Of a stretch of DNA of 64,000 nucleotides, positions 47,748 to 60,546 are shown piece after piece (the stretch's first letter is position 1; every line of letters begins with the position of its first letter). The stretch is from Chlorokybus atmophyticus. Its lineage: Eukaryota; Plantae; Mesostigma and Chlorokybus algae. The notes below the pieces were generated by a model, which was not told the DNA's origin, made no database searches, and saw only the letters and a program-made list of their open reading frames with translations. The stretch covers positions 12,225 through 76,224 of the forward strand of contig RHPI01000260.1 in the NCBI GenBank assembly GCA_009103225.1. The letters run 5' to 3'. A program made the translations under genes and the position numbers.

Positions 47748-48910
47748 CTACCCCTTGTGCAGGTATCCCGGGATCTTGATCCGCAGAAACACGATGCACA
47801 CGCTGTATGCGCCCCAGATGGACACCGCCCCCGAGATGAGCAGCAGGATCCGGTTTCTTCTCGGCTGCGTCTTGTCGTTCGCCCAGTCCAGGAGCACATA
47901 ACCCAACCCGCCTAGCGTGAAAAGAAATCCGGCGCTCAAACCCTGCATAGCACGAAGGAGATTGCAATGTGGGTGACCGTGTGTTGGTTCACTGCAAGTG
48001 CGTGTGGAGACGCGGCTCGTGTGCTGGACATGCGTTTGGCACAGAACAGCTGCTACGAACCTCAATGATGTACTGCCCGTTGATGCGGTACGGCAAGAAG
48101 GCGACGGGCTTGACAGCACCAGTGATGGGATCCTGTTGCGCACAACAATTAGTTGCATCTCAGAGTTGGGCAACGCGGTCGTGGATTGACAGAGAGACTG
48201 AATCGGGTGTACAAAAAGAGTCTTCAAGCACACACATGCACACTCACACGCACCCCACCGCACATGTGCTTGCATGCACGGTTGCTGTTGCATCTGTTGG
48301 TATGCATGCATGCAGACATGCATGCAGACAGTATAAATCCCACGTCTGCATGCAAACATCCTGTCCAGAAGGCATTGCAACGAAATCATACAGCATGCAA
48401 TCAAAGAAGCCCAAATCATCCAACACCAAACCGATGTACTGCCCATTGCTTGAAGGGCTCATAGGGTTACATACAGCGCAAAAGGCACTCAGTGAACACA
48501 ATAGCACTTAATGTAAATTACCCCACGCAGTTCAATATACAGCGACAGCAACGGTCTCAGCACTATATCTCATTGCAATACAGCCACATTAATGGATGTA
48601 CACCAGTGCAGGGTGGTGATATCGTACTGCAAATCAACCTCCACGCATGCCTTGGAAATATGCCAGTCTCTACATCCTTTGATAATGTGTTCATCAAGTC
48701 CAGTATCATCTGTGGACTCACCTGCGTTGAACCGATGCCAGGCGGTTCCACAATGACGTCATACACGACGCCTGACAGCACGAGAAAGTAGCTGAGTAGC
48801 AGCAGTCCCAGCACCGTCTCGGACCGCGGAACGCTCACCAGCCTCGCCACAGGTCGAAGGAACCTAGGCAGCTTAAGACCCGAAGACACCTCCACAGCCG
48901 CAGGTGCCAT
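47748..48910 (-). CDS. OSTC: Oligosaccharyltransferase complex subunit OSTC/DC2
   Basis: Three exons: SYFLVLSGVVYDVIVEPPGIGSTQ|DPITGAVKPVAFLPYRINGQYIIE|GLSAGFLFTLGGLGYVLLD...FLRIKIPGYL. Confidence 0.95.
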
Positions 48911-51599
48911 GCTGCCGCTACGACTCCCCCTGACACCGCCCCCTCAACCCCACCTCTAACGCCGCCAACGACAACCAGGACCACAACGCCGCTGCGCCGA
49001 GCAACGAGCTGTAACGGAAGTCCCAAACCGTTCGGATAGTGCAAGCAGCTGTCCCAAACCCACTTCGTCATGCGCCGAGACCAGAGGTGCGAACTCACTG
49101 ACACTGTGTGATCCAGTGATCAAGTTGTCATCTCTTTACAGCAGATCAGAAATCTGCCTTACGGTGGTCACTGATCACCGATCAGTGATCAGACTCTACT
49201 GTGTTCGTCTAGATCATCACTGTCAGTAATGATCTAGACGAATTCCGCCCCCCGGTCATCAGTAAATTTCACCTGACCGGGGCCGGAACCCATTGTAGTT
49301 AGCGGCGACAGCGCAGCCGCGTACAGTAGATCAATGCCGCTGTGTGACGGTCGTACTTCGCCGCCTTGTTCGTAAATCTAGTATAGCGCCGCGTTGGCAG
49401 CGATGTACATTGTGATATTGTACAGTCTCCTGGCGGCGATGTAGTGGTGGTCGTGATTGTGACTGTGATTGTAAATGCGAGAGAGAGAGAGAGAGAGACT
49501 TGCCTTGAGTTGCGTAGCTGAGTGCATGAGACTGTGCGTTAACATTGTATGAGAGTTAGTGAGTGCGCGAGTGTCGCGAAAGAGTGAGCAAGTGAGCTGA
49601 TACAGGGTGCTTGGGTTAGCTATTCATTATGAGTGAATAGAATTATTACAGCTGTGACTTAGGGTGGGCTTAGCAAGGTTTTGCTTATGTGTTAAGGTTT
49701 CAAGTTGGGCGGCAAAGTCCGTGCACGCCGCCGAGGTGTAGGATGTCGCCATGCGGGACGTCACGGCGGTAGACGCTACAGTGGTACCGGCCGGGCCGCA
49801 ACAGGAGCCGGTGGCGCCGACATCTGACATTAGTGACATGCTGATTGTACAAGTATTAGCCGCGCCCGTGGCATCCTCGCAGGGCCTGGAAGCGGAACAG
49901 CAAGCAGCTGCATTGCTTTCACATCTGCATCTTCACCACGAAGGTATTGCTGGCAAGCATAGTAGAGCATTTTTCCATGCTATTGAATGCAAGCCAATTA
50001 TACAATGGTAGCTTTGTACTATATAATGCGTTGGGTCTGCTGCAACAAATCAGTTGGCATAACAATGTGCAGGCCAATCGCTGTGCTTGCTTGCAGAAAA
50101 CTTCGCACTTGGAGCGACCTGATTATGAAACGGTGGTTATGCGTGTGCGTGGTGTGGACAGCAACATGGCCGTCAAAGATTTTACGAAACTGATGCGACG
50201 TAATTCGTTATATCTTGTTGAGTCTTGAGTTAGACTCGATAAGGCACTGCCGCCGCGGGTGTGCGATCCAAATAGGATTGAAAACTCGATGATTGCGCAA
50301 AGTGCGTTTATAGTGTTTGCTGTTGATAGTGACGACAACCTGGACAGGCCTTTACAACTACAAACGTGATGGTAACGACCGATTTTCAAGCTCGGCGTCT
50401 TCCTGGTAAGTTAGGTGGTTTTTAAGTTGTAGCATAACGTAATTGTAGGCCCATGTAACTACTGCGATACAGGCTGTGTCTACCGTATCTCACTGATTCT
50501 CACATATATCGGTAAGCATAGTGATCATAAGTAAGTAATATCAGTGTGACTAACCTTTGTCTTCTATCACTAACAACCTTTTTACAGACGTCAACGAGTT
50601 TTGTTGTAATGTTGACATTGGATTGCCCGAGGGGCTTTTCCCTGCTAGGCATCAAGCAAGTCCCCATGGGGTCTTGCTTGATGGCTACGCGGGTTGCGCC
50701 CGGCTTGAAGAGTTGGCCAACCTTTCACGTCGGGCGCAACCCGCGTGCAGGTGTGCGGAGTTGCGTCGAAAGGGATGAACTTTGGCGTTCGCAAGTCCAG
50801 CTGTTCGCCGATCATAGGGGCCTGCTTTTGCGGGTTGGCGCCGTGGGTCCACATGGAGTGTCGGCGCTGAAGTATATATTCATATGCATAGCGTCGCGCG
50901 AATCGCCGACTGTCCACGAGAACGTCGGCGTTGCGCTTGAAAGTATCATAAGCTTTGTGTACAATGCTCGCTGATGGTCCACGCGGACTCCGCACTTATT
51001 TACTGTTATCAATGGCCCAGCAGACCAGATCATACACTATCAGGCCATCTGCCGCTGAGCTTGTTGCAAGGGTCAAGCCAGCAGGCGGCGACTTCTTTGT
51101 CGTCTTTGGAAGGTCACAGAGAACCTCCCAGCAGCGGTGCCGCCCCCCCTAGTGCCTCTGCTAAACCGAGCCAGACCGGCTGCGGCCTGAAGGCCAGTGC
51201 ACACAAACGGCGCTACCATGGCCGGCGCTGGTTGGCTCCAGCGTCATCACAATACTGCATTTATACTATATAAGTGTTGCCGCCGCTACTCCATGCGGCT
51301 CTCAATAACGCCGCCATCCCCACAAGGCTAGAGCTGACGGTGGCCCGGCTTGTCGGCATAAATATCCCAGCCTCTAGGACTTGAATGTCGAATCTATAAG
51401 TGATTGAGCACATGCCCGCGACGTGTGTCCGCGGTCGGCTCCCGATGTACGCCAACTATAGGTGTCACTGTTAGCCAACTCCAGTCGACAGTACGCGACT
51501 GCCGGTTATACCCAGCCGGTTCTTAATTGACAATACACGATTGGCAGTCCGACGACCGGTCGGATCCCAAGCAAAAACACATGACTGGGCGACTCGATT

Positions 51600-54500
51600 T
51601 TTAAGGGAGCGCCCTTGACGCACGCCGAGTCGCGCGCTATTATGGACCGTTTTCCTTGATGGGACCCTCTCGGGCGATCCGGCTGTTCATGAGGTCATTG
51701 ACAAGGCCTTAGTGCCGCCATGCGCACTACCGGCCACGCCGGTTTTGCTTGGATCGCTAGGAAGGTAGCAATGTGGTTCGCGATTATGTATGCAGCCAAA
51801 AATATGGACAAGAAACGGGTTCAGTTCCTTCACTGGTACCGTAACGAGATGATCCCCGAAGCATCTCGCCTAATAATTGTGTTTGCTAATTGCAAATCAA
51901 TCCAAAAATAGATACTGGGCATTACTTGTCAACTCCAACTGTAAGCCGGCGAGTTTCGTTTAGTAGATTGATAAGTAAGTGATTAATATGTATAGTTTAA
52001 ATATATGGATGGCTTATGTTTTTTGGACACACACGTGTCAAGCAACCAAGGCAATGGCGGCCGTCACCTCAGCGGCGGCGTTGCTGGCGATGGCCGACAG
52101 TTCGTCGACGCTTTACTAAAGTAGGGAGAGGAGAGAGAGATGCCGCCGAAGGGGCGGACTGCGGCTACCGGCGGGCAGCGCGGCCGAAAGAAGCCGGCTG
52201 TTGGAGCTGCACAGCTAGGCAAGCAGGCCTCATCACCGGTCGGTGATGAGGGGCAGACCAGCGCGGCCAAACAGCGGTGAGCAGCGCAAAAGGCCACGCA
52301 GCCTGCTGCGCCGGTAGGTAGGCGTACGGTTCAGCCTGGGTTGCTAAAGTCACATGCGGCCGGCGCAGAGACAGAGGCAGAGGTGACGCTAGAAGACGCT
52401 GCAGACTGTGACTCGGAGCCAGAGCCAACTGCTAAGCTAAAGCTGCCCAAACACAAAAACAAACAAAAAAAAGGCGTCGGCGCAGCAGAATGGAGTTGTT
52501 ATCCATCTTGGAGGGGGAGAAGGACAACAAAAAGAAGAGGTTAAAGAGGAAGAAGAAGGTGCACAAGAAAAGACGCATGTCATCAACGTCCTCGTCATCA
52601 TCGAGCTCGTGATGCGGACAGCTCCGACTTTGGAGACCGGCATACCAAGTACATTCAACGCCTGTCCAAGCAATCAGAGGCATATGCCTTGTGGGAGGAG
52701 TACCGCACGCGCAAGGTCTCGACTGGTGTGCAGGCTTGCTTCGAGGCAATTGGCCGTGCCCTCTTCACAGGTCCGCCCAGTTGCGCAGTTGGTGTCATAT
52801 CTGTATCAGTTGCTGCTCGCACACATGCACGGTAGCGTGGACTTTGCGGCAGCTTTTGCGATCGGGACTCGAGGTATTATTAACGACGCCTGCATCAACT
52901 GCAAACACAAGGAAGCCAAGGTGATTCGGCGCCTCACCAAGCTCGCCAACAGCTTCCAAAGCAAAGTAGCCATGCAAAAGGCAAAGGTTGCTGTCCCTCA
53001 GTAAGTCTGTTGCTTGTGAGAGATGTAACACCAAACATGCATGCAATGCGCCGACATGCACACACGCATATCTCTTACGTATAAGACGCACAATGTGTGC
53101 GTGCATTATGCTCAGCAACTGCTGTTTGTATCATGGTGCAATGCGCACCTGCTTATGAACATGCACAATGCATGCATATCATATGATAGCATGCTCAACA
53201 GCTGCTGTCTACTGTAATGGTACAATGCGCGCCTATCCTAAAATGGCACAATGTGTGCATATACACATGCAGTGTGCACCACAGCTGCTGTCACAGATGC
53301 ATAGCGCTATGCACACCCGTTTTATTTGACAAAACGCGCAATGTGTGCATACAGCATCAGTTGCAAAAACATGTCAATGGTGCCATGCACGCCTGTGTCC
53401 ACTCCCAGATATGCAAAACAGTGGGCAGCACTTGTTCATGTGTTGGTGCACAACACATGCCCTATTACTATTGCATTGAACAACTAGCTGCAATGAGCAC
53501 GATGCATACCTGTGAGTCTTACTTAGGTTCGCTTCACATCAGACCATTGATGCGATTATGCGCCTACAGGCGCTCTGTCACACAAAAGAGGGGAGCACCC
53601 AATCTCAGCGTGGACGCGGTCGTGGTTGCTACGGCCGCGGTGGTCGTGGTGGATACAGTCTCGGAGGCGGCTACAACAATCAGGCTGCGCCCGCTCAACA
53701 GGAAGCGCTAGCCTATCATGTCCCCGTGCAAGAGCCACGCCTAGCATTGCGGCAGTAAGTCTTGCCAGTACAGCTGCCAAGTAGCTACAGTGCAGTAGCA
53801 GTGCATATCGAGAGGTGCTGGTGTGTATCATAGCAATGCGCAAGCGCGCATGTACGCATGTATGCGCGCAACTGCGCGTGTGTGCATGTCTGGATGATGT
53901 GCTATAGTGTACTTAAAAAGTGCAGGTGTTCATTGCTGACAATAACATGTGTGTATGATACAAAGCTGCATGTTACTCGACAGGGTTACTTCGCATACGA
54001 AAGGCTAATAGGCAATTCTAGCATAGCTTAATTTGTTTGCATGTGCGCTGACATAGCACATCCAAAGAACTGGTCGATATTAGTGCCATTCTTGAGGATG
54101 ACTGCCTGCAAGCAGAGTGGGATCCTGCAATGCCAGCTTTGGCAGTGGACCTTTTATCCCCACCCGAGGAGCACACTGATGTTATGACACAAGTGCCACA
54201 CACTGTTGCAAGCGAGTACTGGTTGCACAGCAACAAGAGGACATTCGTTCGGTATATGCGGAGTTGTCACAAATGTCAAATGGCTTTTAAAGGCATCCCA
54301 GCTCAGCAACCCAATGGGAAGAACAGCTACGCACCGAAACTCTTGATACGGAGAATATTATGGCAGCCTCTTTGCAGCAGAAGCTCGCAGCTTGAACCAC
54401 TTGGTTTCAATTGACTATGCAAAGCAAGAAGACATTGGTGCTTGACTGGTTGCGTTACGGGTATTGCTTACCATGGGTCGGCACTCAAGCATCGGATAGA

Positions 54501-56273
54501 CGAAAATGGGAAGAAGTACATGCCTTGTTTTAGGCCGAAGGCTTTGCTGTCGAGGATATTACAACTATGCTGTCATGCAATTTCCCAACACCAGCTGTAT
54601 TTTGAAGTCGCAAGTCCGCTTCTATACATTGCGAATTCGCTGTCAGTAAGTTGGCAAATTTGGTGAAAACAGGAGCAATCTCTGTCGTTAATGCGCACAG
54701 CGTGGCAATGGTCACTGGCATAGGAGTAGCTATAGTGAAGTAGGAAAAACGTTTGCGACTGATTGTAGACCTGAGGTATATTAACCTCTTTTTGCGCCAC
54801 ATTCCTTCATTTATGAGAGGTTGCGCGACGTATTGCTGTACACAAAGCGCGATTATTGGCAAGTGATAGGGAATTTAAAGTCGGGTTATCATCTGTGCCC
54901 ATTCATGAGGACAGCAAGCCGGACTTCGCTTTGCGATTTACTGGAGTCTTATACAGATGGAATGTGCTGCCATTTGGCTTGAGTCAAGCTTACTGGCTGT
55001 TTACGAACGTGATGTCCACTATCTTCACACCTTTACGGCTATGGGTTTTCCCTGCCTTGCCTAAACTTATGACATGCACTTCAGCCATTCTAGTCGTTTC
55101 AGGTGCTTTGAATATATATTTTTGTGAAAAAAACAGAGTTATGGCCGGAGCAGGTGGTGCAGTTGTTGGGTTGGCTGGTGGACACTGTGACAGGCTCTTT
55201 TGCCATTCATGCAAGCAAGCTAACCAAGCTATTGCAGTTGATGAAGGAGTTGGTAGAGGCTCCTGTATTGACCAAGCGTCATCTGGCACGCATTGCTGGC
55301 ATATCAATTGCGCTAGCTTTTGCACCTGCAAGCATTATGCTCGGCATTGGCATTAGTTGCTAACGCATTGGACGATTTTAAGAGCGATATGAGCGCCTTC
55401 AGACACTTCTGTAAGTGGACTGCTGCTGGCTTGCAGACTTACAATGGCCACGCTTGGTGGAAGCCCCCCGTACTGCTTGAGCTGCATGTGGATGCTTCGG
55501 GTACAATTGTTTGGGGGGTGACAGGACCTTGGCTTAGATTGGCAGGCAACTTTGAGCCTAAGCATATTCCGATGCCTTTAGCCATCAAGGAGGCACTTGC
55601 TTATGTCCATGCATTGACTGAAGTAGCGCGCACGCATGATGTTCATTGTAAAGTGCGCATTATTAGCGATTGTCAACCAGCGATTCCAATGCTCAACAAG
55701 CTGTCTGCTTTTTAGCCTCATATTCTACAAGCGTTACATTGATTGTGATCTTTGTGCTGGGAGGGTGATATTGCGCTGACATACGTGTGGCGATCACATG
55801 AGCTGTGCAATGCGGATGCATTATCCCAAATTTACTGACAGAGGAGATTGGGCCCTGACCGCAGACACAACCGCACATGTACAGCGGCGTGTTGGACATT
55901 CAGCATTGGATTGTTTTGCAGCTGATTGGAACAGCAAAGCGCCTGCTTCTTTTTAAGTTACATACATATGCCTGGAAGTTTGGGCAATCTTACTCTTACT
56001 ACAGACTGGCGCAATGTTCTTCAACGCTTGGGGAGCTTTATTTGATGTCACCCGCCATTGGCCCTCCTGCATGAAGCCAAAGCATTATTCCAGTATTACC
56101 AGCTGCCAGCTGTGGTGTTGGTGCCTGAATGGCACTCTGCTGTGTGGTGGCCAGTGTTTCGTAACTGGCAATTTACTTATTATAAAAGATTAGGCCCACG
56201 GCGCGAATGGTTTAAGCGTGGTGCCCGAGTACCCGGAAACAGCATCTATCCTGGACTCTACCCATACATTTAG
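51600..56273 (+). mobile_element. Decayed DIRS-type (tyrosine-recombinase class) retrotransposon relic: gag-like region, RT, RNase H, Dam-like MT domain
   Basis: RT: RLIVDLRYINLF, YRWNVLPFGLSQAYWLFTNVM, with the YxDD codons mutated (~55055). DIRS-type RNase H: LHVDASG...IKEALA...RIISDCQ. MT-like tail: PPLALL...VVLVPEWHSAVWW. Many stops and frameshifts. No tyrosine recombinase ORF recognised; ends uncertain. Confidence 0.75.
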
Positions 56274-56654
56274 CAGTCAAGGTGGCCCGACTGTCGCGGT
56301 TGTGGAAGTGAGCGAGGGCATGACAGACTTCTGTAAAAGGGTACCCGCTTTGCAGGAGTTCCCATGCTTGGCCGTGCCCTTCAACCAGCGCAACAACCAG
56401 TACCAGGTGTGCATTGGATGCCAGTGTCTGGCTTGCGCTGTTGAGTCCTCGTCTGAAGAATAGCTGACACAACTCTGTGCAGGCTCTTGGTTGGCAGCCT
56501 GTTGTCTCCAAGCTTGCTGCTCAGCGCGGCATTGCATCAGTTGGCAGGCTGCTGGAACGCAGAGCGCTGGCACGATACGCACATGTATGTACAGTCAGTT
56601 GTTAAAGTTCAATTAGTGCCTGGCATGTTGCTCAGTCTGCTTGTGTGTATGTAG

Positions 56655-58900
56655 GTACCACTTGGCAACTTCGACGCTGACTGGATGCTGTATGTGGCGG
56701 ATGTGTTCTTCTCGCGTGCCCTGCGACATCACAACCATGTAAGTCTAAGCTTGCTCTGCCAGCTTGCAGTGCCGCCTCATTGTTAAAAACATACTTGACT
56801 GTGTCATGGCAATGTTGCGCAGGTGCTGTGGATATCAAACACTGGCACGCCAGACCTCGCGGTGTCTCCATGCAAGACGAGCTGTCCTTCACAGACGAGG
56901 TACTTCCTGCCACTATGCTTGCTGCACCAAAACCAGTATGAACTGTCAACAACAAGTGCAACTCCTCAAGTTGCAACTGTGTAACATTGTTAATCCGCTT
57001 TGCAGGTACAGCGACCCGACCTGTGCTACCCGGGAGCATACAGACAACTGACGGTAGAGCTCAAGGTATGCTGTTATTAACGAGGCGGGGCTGTCTATGA
57101 GCACAGACCTTATGGTGGTCCTTGTCTTCCCGAATCGTGTTCTTATGAGTTCATGAGAGCTCCCGCGTGCAGATCCAACACTTGGCAGTGAACGCCCTGC
57201 TGAAGAGTGCTCTGCTGGATGAACTGGAAGGCAACACCGCGCTGGGTATGAAAGAATCCGGCCCCACCATAAGTAGCGGCTTTCAGGCTGATGACAGCGT
57301 GTCCTGCGCCGCTTCGTTCAAGATCCTGCGGCAGGTACAAGCACAACCAAACAACCAACATATCAGCTCGTGGGCGTATGCGCCTGGTTTTGACTCAGAG
57401 AACCATGTTTGTGCGTGTGCTTTGCGCTGTCATGCAGATAGTGCAAAACTGGGCTGACTGATGCTGTGAATACGCGCAACGTCATGGCGGATGCCCTGCT
57501 TCAGCAAATGTACAGATGATTGTGCTGGCAAGTTAGCATTGCTGCACAGAGTGCATGCCGCTCAGCTGCAAGCTGGGCCACCCTTCCGCCATTCATAGTA
57601 TTAACATGCATTGCAGTCTGAATCACAAGATCCCAAGATTACCATCTGACTGTGTCATGAGCAACCGTGCTCACTGGTTATTTTCTGGCTTTTATGCACT
57701 CCCATCTCAAAGCTGCACGACCCTGCGCTTCACAGACTACTCAACAAGGTATGCACCGGGGGCTTGCAGATGTGATGCGCTTGTCTTAACTCGCATGCAT
57801 GCCTCTGACTCTCTTTGACGAAAGGCGATGCAAAAGATGTTTGCGCACCTGCTGGCCGAGTTGCGCAAGCTGGGTGCGGGGATAGTCTTTGCCGACTTTA
57901 CGTGTGATCATCACCATGGGCAAACGCACGAGAGCCACGGCTGTGGAGTATGCTAAGTCCGTGCAGCAAGCATTGCAAAGCAGGTAGGTACCAATGCTGT
58001 GTCATTTGTTGCACCGTGCAATGCGGCTATCACAGCAGTCAAGTGGCATTGGACGACAAGCATGCTCCTGCGCGCGAGAGGTGATGTATCGTCGTGTGTT
58101 GCAGGGAGCTGTTGGAGTACATATATCTTAAAGAGGAGCGCTTCAGGTACAGCCTGTTCTTCATGGACCAGGTGAGCTGTCCATGATCTCGTGCGTGCAA
58201 CGGTCACTGTTGATCAGCCTGCTTCAACTAGCAAACTGGTTAATCGTGTTTGTACAGTACAATCATGGAGGCATCGAAGTGAGCAGCTTTAACAACGACG
58301 ACATGGAGACCGAAAGGCCGGAGATCGTCTCGTGCTGGAACATAGCTGAGTACCTCCCAAAGGCCATTCAGGTATGCAGCTTCACCATCCAGTCACGTGC
58401 GTGACAACTGTTTGTACCAAACACGCTCCGTGCGCAAGACCGCTCGTGGTCATTATCTCAGAATACATCTTCAACCCATGGAAGCACATGCGCACAAAGC
58501 TACAAGCCGACATCCACGCTAACGCTGGAGATGACGGATGCACTCCATCGGTCACGCGGGCTGTCGCAGATGAGGCGGACGAGGAGGAAGCAGAGTGTTT
58601 GCGTGGACAGGTGTGCGCGAGTATCATGACATGGACGTGAGGTTGGCGTGTACTACTGGTAGTCCACTGGAGCCTTGTGTCACAAAGCACTTGTTGTGTG
58701 TGCAGGTGGCGGGATACTTCATCTTCAAGCTTCTGAAGTTCATGCGAGAGATACACCTGTACGCGGGCAGCACCAGAGCGCAGGCTGCTGAGTTTGACTT
58801 CCCGCAGCTGGCCGGCTCGCACCGCGCACACGACAGCGGTGCTTGAGTTCGCTAAGAGCATCTGCGCAGTGCTGGCCCTCGACAAATGCGCTGAACATGA
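56655..58900 (+). pseudogene. POLE: C-terminal fragment (DUF1744 region) of DNA polymerase epsilon catalytic subunit, frameshifted, introns retained
   Basis: VPLGNFDADWMLYVADVFFSRALRHHNH|VLWIS...PDL; CYPGAYRQLTVELK|IQHLAVNALLKS; SFKILRQ; KLHDPALHRLLNK|AMQKMFAHLLAELRKLGAGIVFADF; NHGGI; SCWNIAEYLP; FPQLAGSH; LEFAKSICAVLALD. Several frameshifts; no N-terminal polymerase domains upstream and no C-terminal zinc fingers downstream. Confidence 0.85.
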
Positions 58901-59209
58901 GCAGCACTTGCCAATGTAAACTACTTGCTGCTGACCAACAGCAAAGCATGGACAACGAGTGTGTAAACTCGCGTGTTGACTTAGGTGTTGAGAAGGATTA
59001 TCCTGGCGTCCATTTGAAGTTTGGGAGTACGCGGAGGAAGCACAGTTCGTGGATCCTTGCCACCGGGCTAACGCCTCCTGGCATCATCACCTGCAGATGA
59101 CACTGGGCTAAGAGATGCCACCGGGCTAACGCCTCCTGGCATCATCACCTGCAGATGACACTGGGCAATCAGAACGACAGGCAATGGGGTGTAAAGCCCA
59201 TCCCACTCA

Positions 59210-60546
59210 CCGCAGCAGCTGCCAGTCCCACTGTCAAGCTCTCTCCTGTGAGCATCTCTTCTGGGGCAGCAGGCTGCGTCTCAGCGATTGAAGCTGCATC
59301 GGATTGCATGTGTGCTTCCTTGGAGCGCCCATTGCCATCGCTATTGATGACGATGATAACAACGTTGGTTGCGGATGCGTCTTCCTAAACGTGTTTGTGG
59401 CGGGGCAGACAAACATACTGCCATAGCCACATTGTCTGTGGCCATCCCTGCTGCCAGCAGCGAGCCGGAAGACACGTCAAGCGCCTGGCACAGCGCTGTC
59501 AATACACAACACACGCACCACCTTAAACACATGTGTTGGCGCTCATGCCGCCTAACTCTGCAACAACACACTTGCCTCCCTGTACCTGTGCTGTGGCTGC
59601 GAAGTTGATGTTGCCTCCAATGTAACTTGCGCACGAGCACGCAGCAACCTGCATTACATTGTGGTGTGTCATCCTGCGGCACTCAGTTTACTTGCGGAGA
59701 TTCTACTACTACTACTTCTGGAGCTTCTAACAACACAACAAGTACCCCACTTTCTAGCCTTCCGGTCCAAGGTGCTTGCCCATGATGGTGAAAGAGACAA
59801 TTGTACCAAGAATCGTGCCAACAGCCCCGATGATGAACGCAATCAGCATTGAGCCTGCATCATGTGCACGCTGTCTGCTAACAGTCGTCACTCAAGTGCA
59901 CCTAAGAAAGAGGATTTCAACACTCATACCTGCGGCGTCACGGAGGTCGGTCTCGAGCAGCGCGAGCGCGGTTGCAGCCGGGACTACCCAAGCCCACACG
60001 AATGTGTACACGGGGCTGGATGATGGCAGGATGGACAACCAGGCCAGGAGCGAGGCGCAGCCCAATGTGGCCACTGTTGAGGATACCTGCCCTTTGGTCC
60101 ACCGCTCTGCAACCTGTGCATGCGACCATGAAGAGAGAATAAAGCTGCTCACAAACAAACCCCATGCTACACGCATGGAAGCTCACAAGTTGTTCGCGCA
60201 AGCAGTGAGCGCACTGCCAGTGTCACAAGCAGCAAAGGAGGAGCTGCTCGCCCAACACACGCAACGCAAAGTGTAAGTGGACACCAGCGGTGAAGTGGTG
60301 TCCGCTTGCAAGTACACAGGAAATGTCACAAGCAGCAGGCAGTAAGTTGACATGACCAAGGGCTGCGCAGGCAGTAAGAGCGGCCCATACAGCTGCATGG
60401 GATTGGAACGGAAGCGTTCCTGAGGCCGACAGCGCAGCAAAGCCGAGTGCAGCGTATGCTGGTGGTGGCACAGCTGGCGATGCCCGCGGTGTGCGGCAGC
60501 GGATGCTTGCTAGTAGACGTGAAGGGTTGTTAAGCACCCTGCCCAT
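59210..60546 (-). pseudogene. DUF819 (YjcL-like) membrane protein, N-terminal half, with a nonsense codon
   Basis: LPSSSPVYTFVWAWVVPAATALALLETDLR; AFIIGAVGTILGT; LGPEG*K (TAG at 59756-59754 where W is expected); CASYIGGNINFAA; AAGMATDNVAMA. No recognisable C-terminal half. Confidence 0.7.

Noticed and set aside
50965-51000. Hammerhead ribozyme core (ctgatgg...)
   Set aside because: CTGATGA is not exact, and there is no GAAA with matching stems.
51190-51300. Tyrosine-recombinase box II-like string (H...GATMAGAG)
   Set aside because: It needs frameshifts, and the R and the downstream GRW/Y residues are missing. Too weak to call.
59058-59166. Tandem duplication of a CAG|GT site as intron gain in progress
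   Set aside because: The sequence after the putative acceptor does not encode recognisable DUF819 residues and the gene is already a pseudogene. It is kept only as part of the junction finding.
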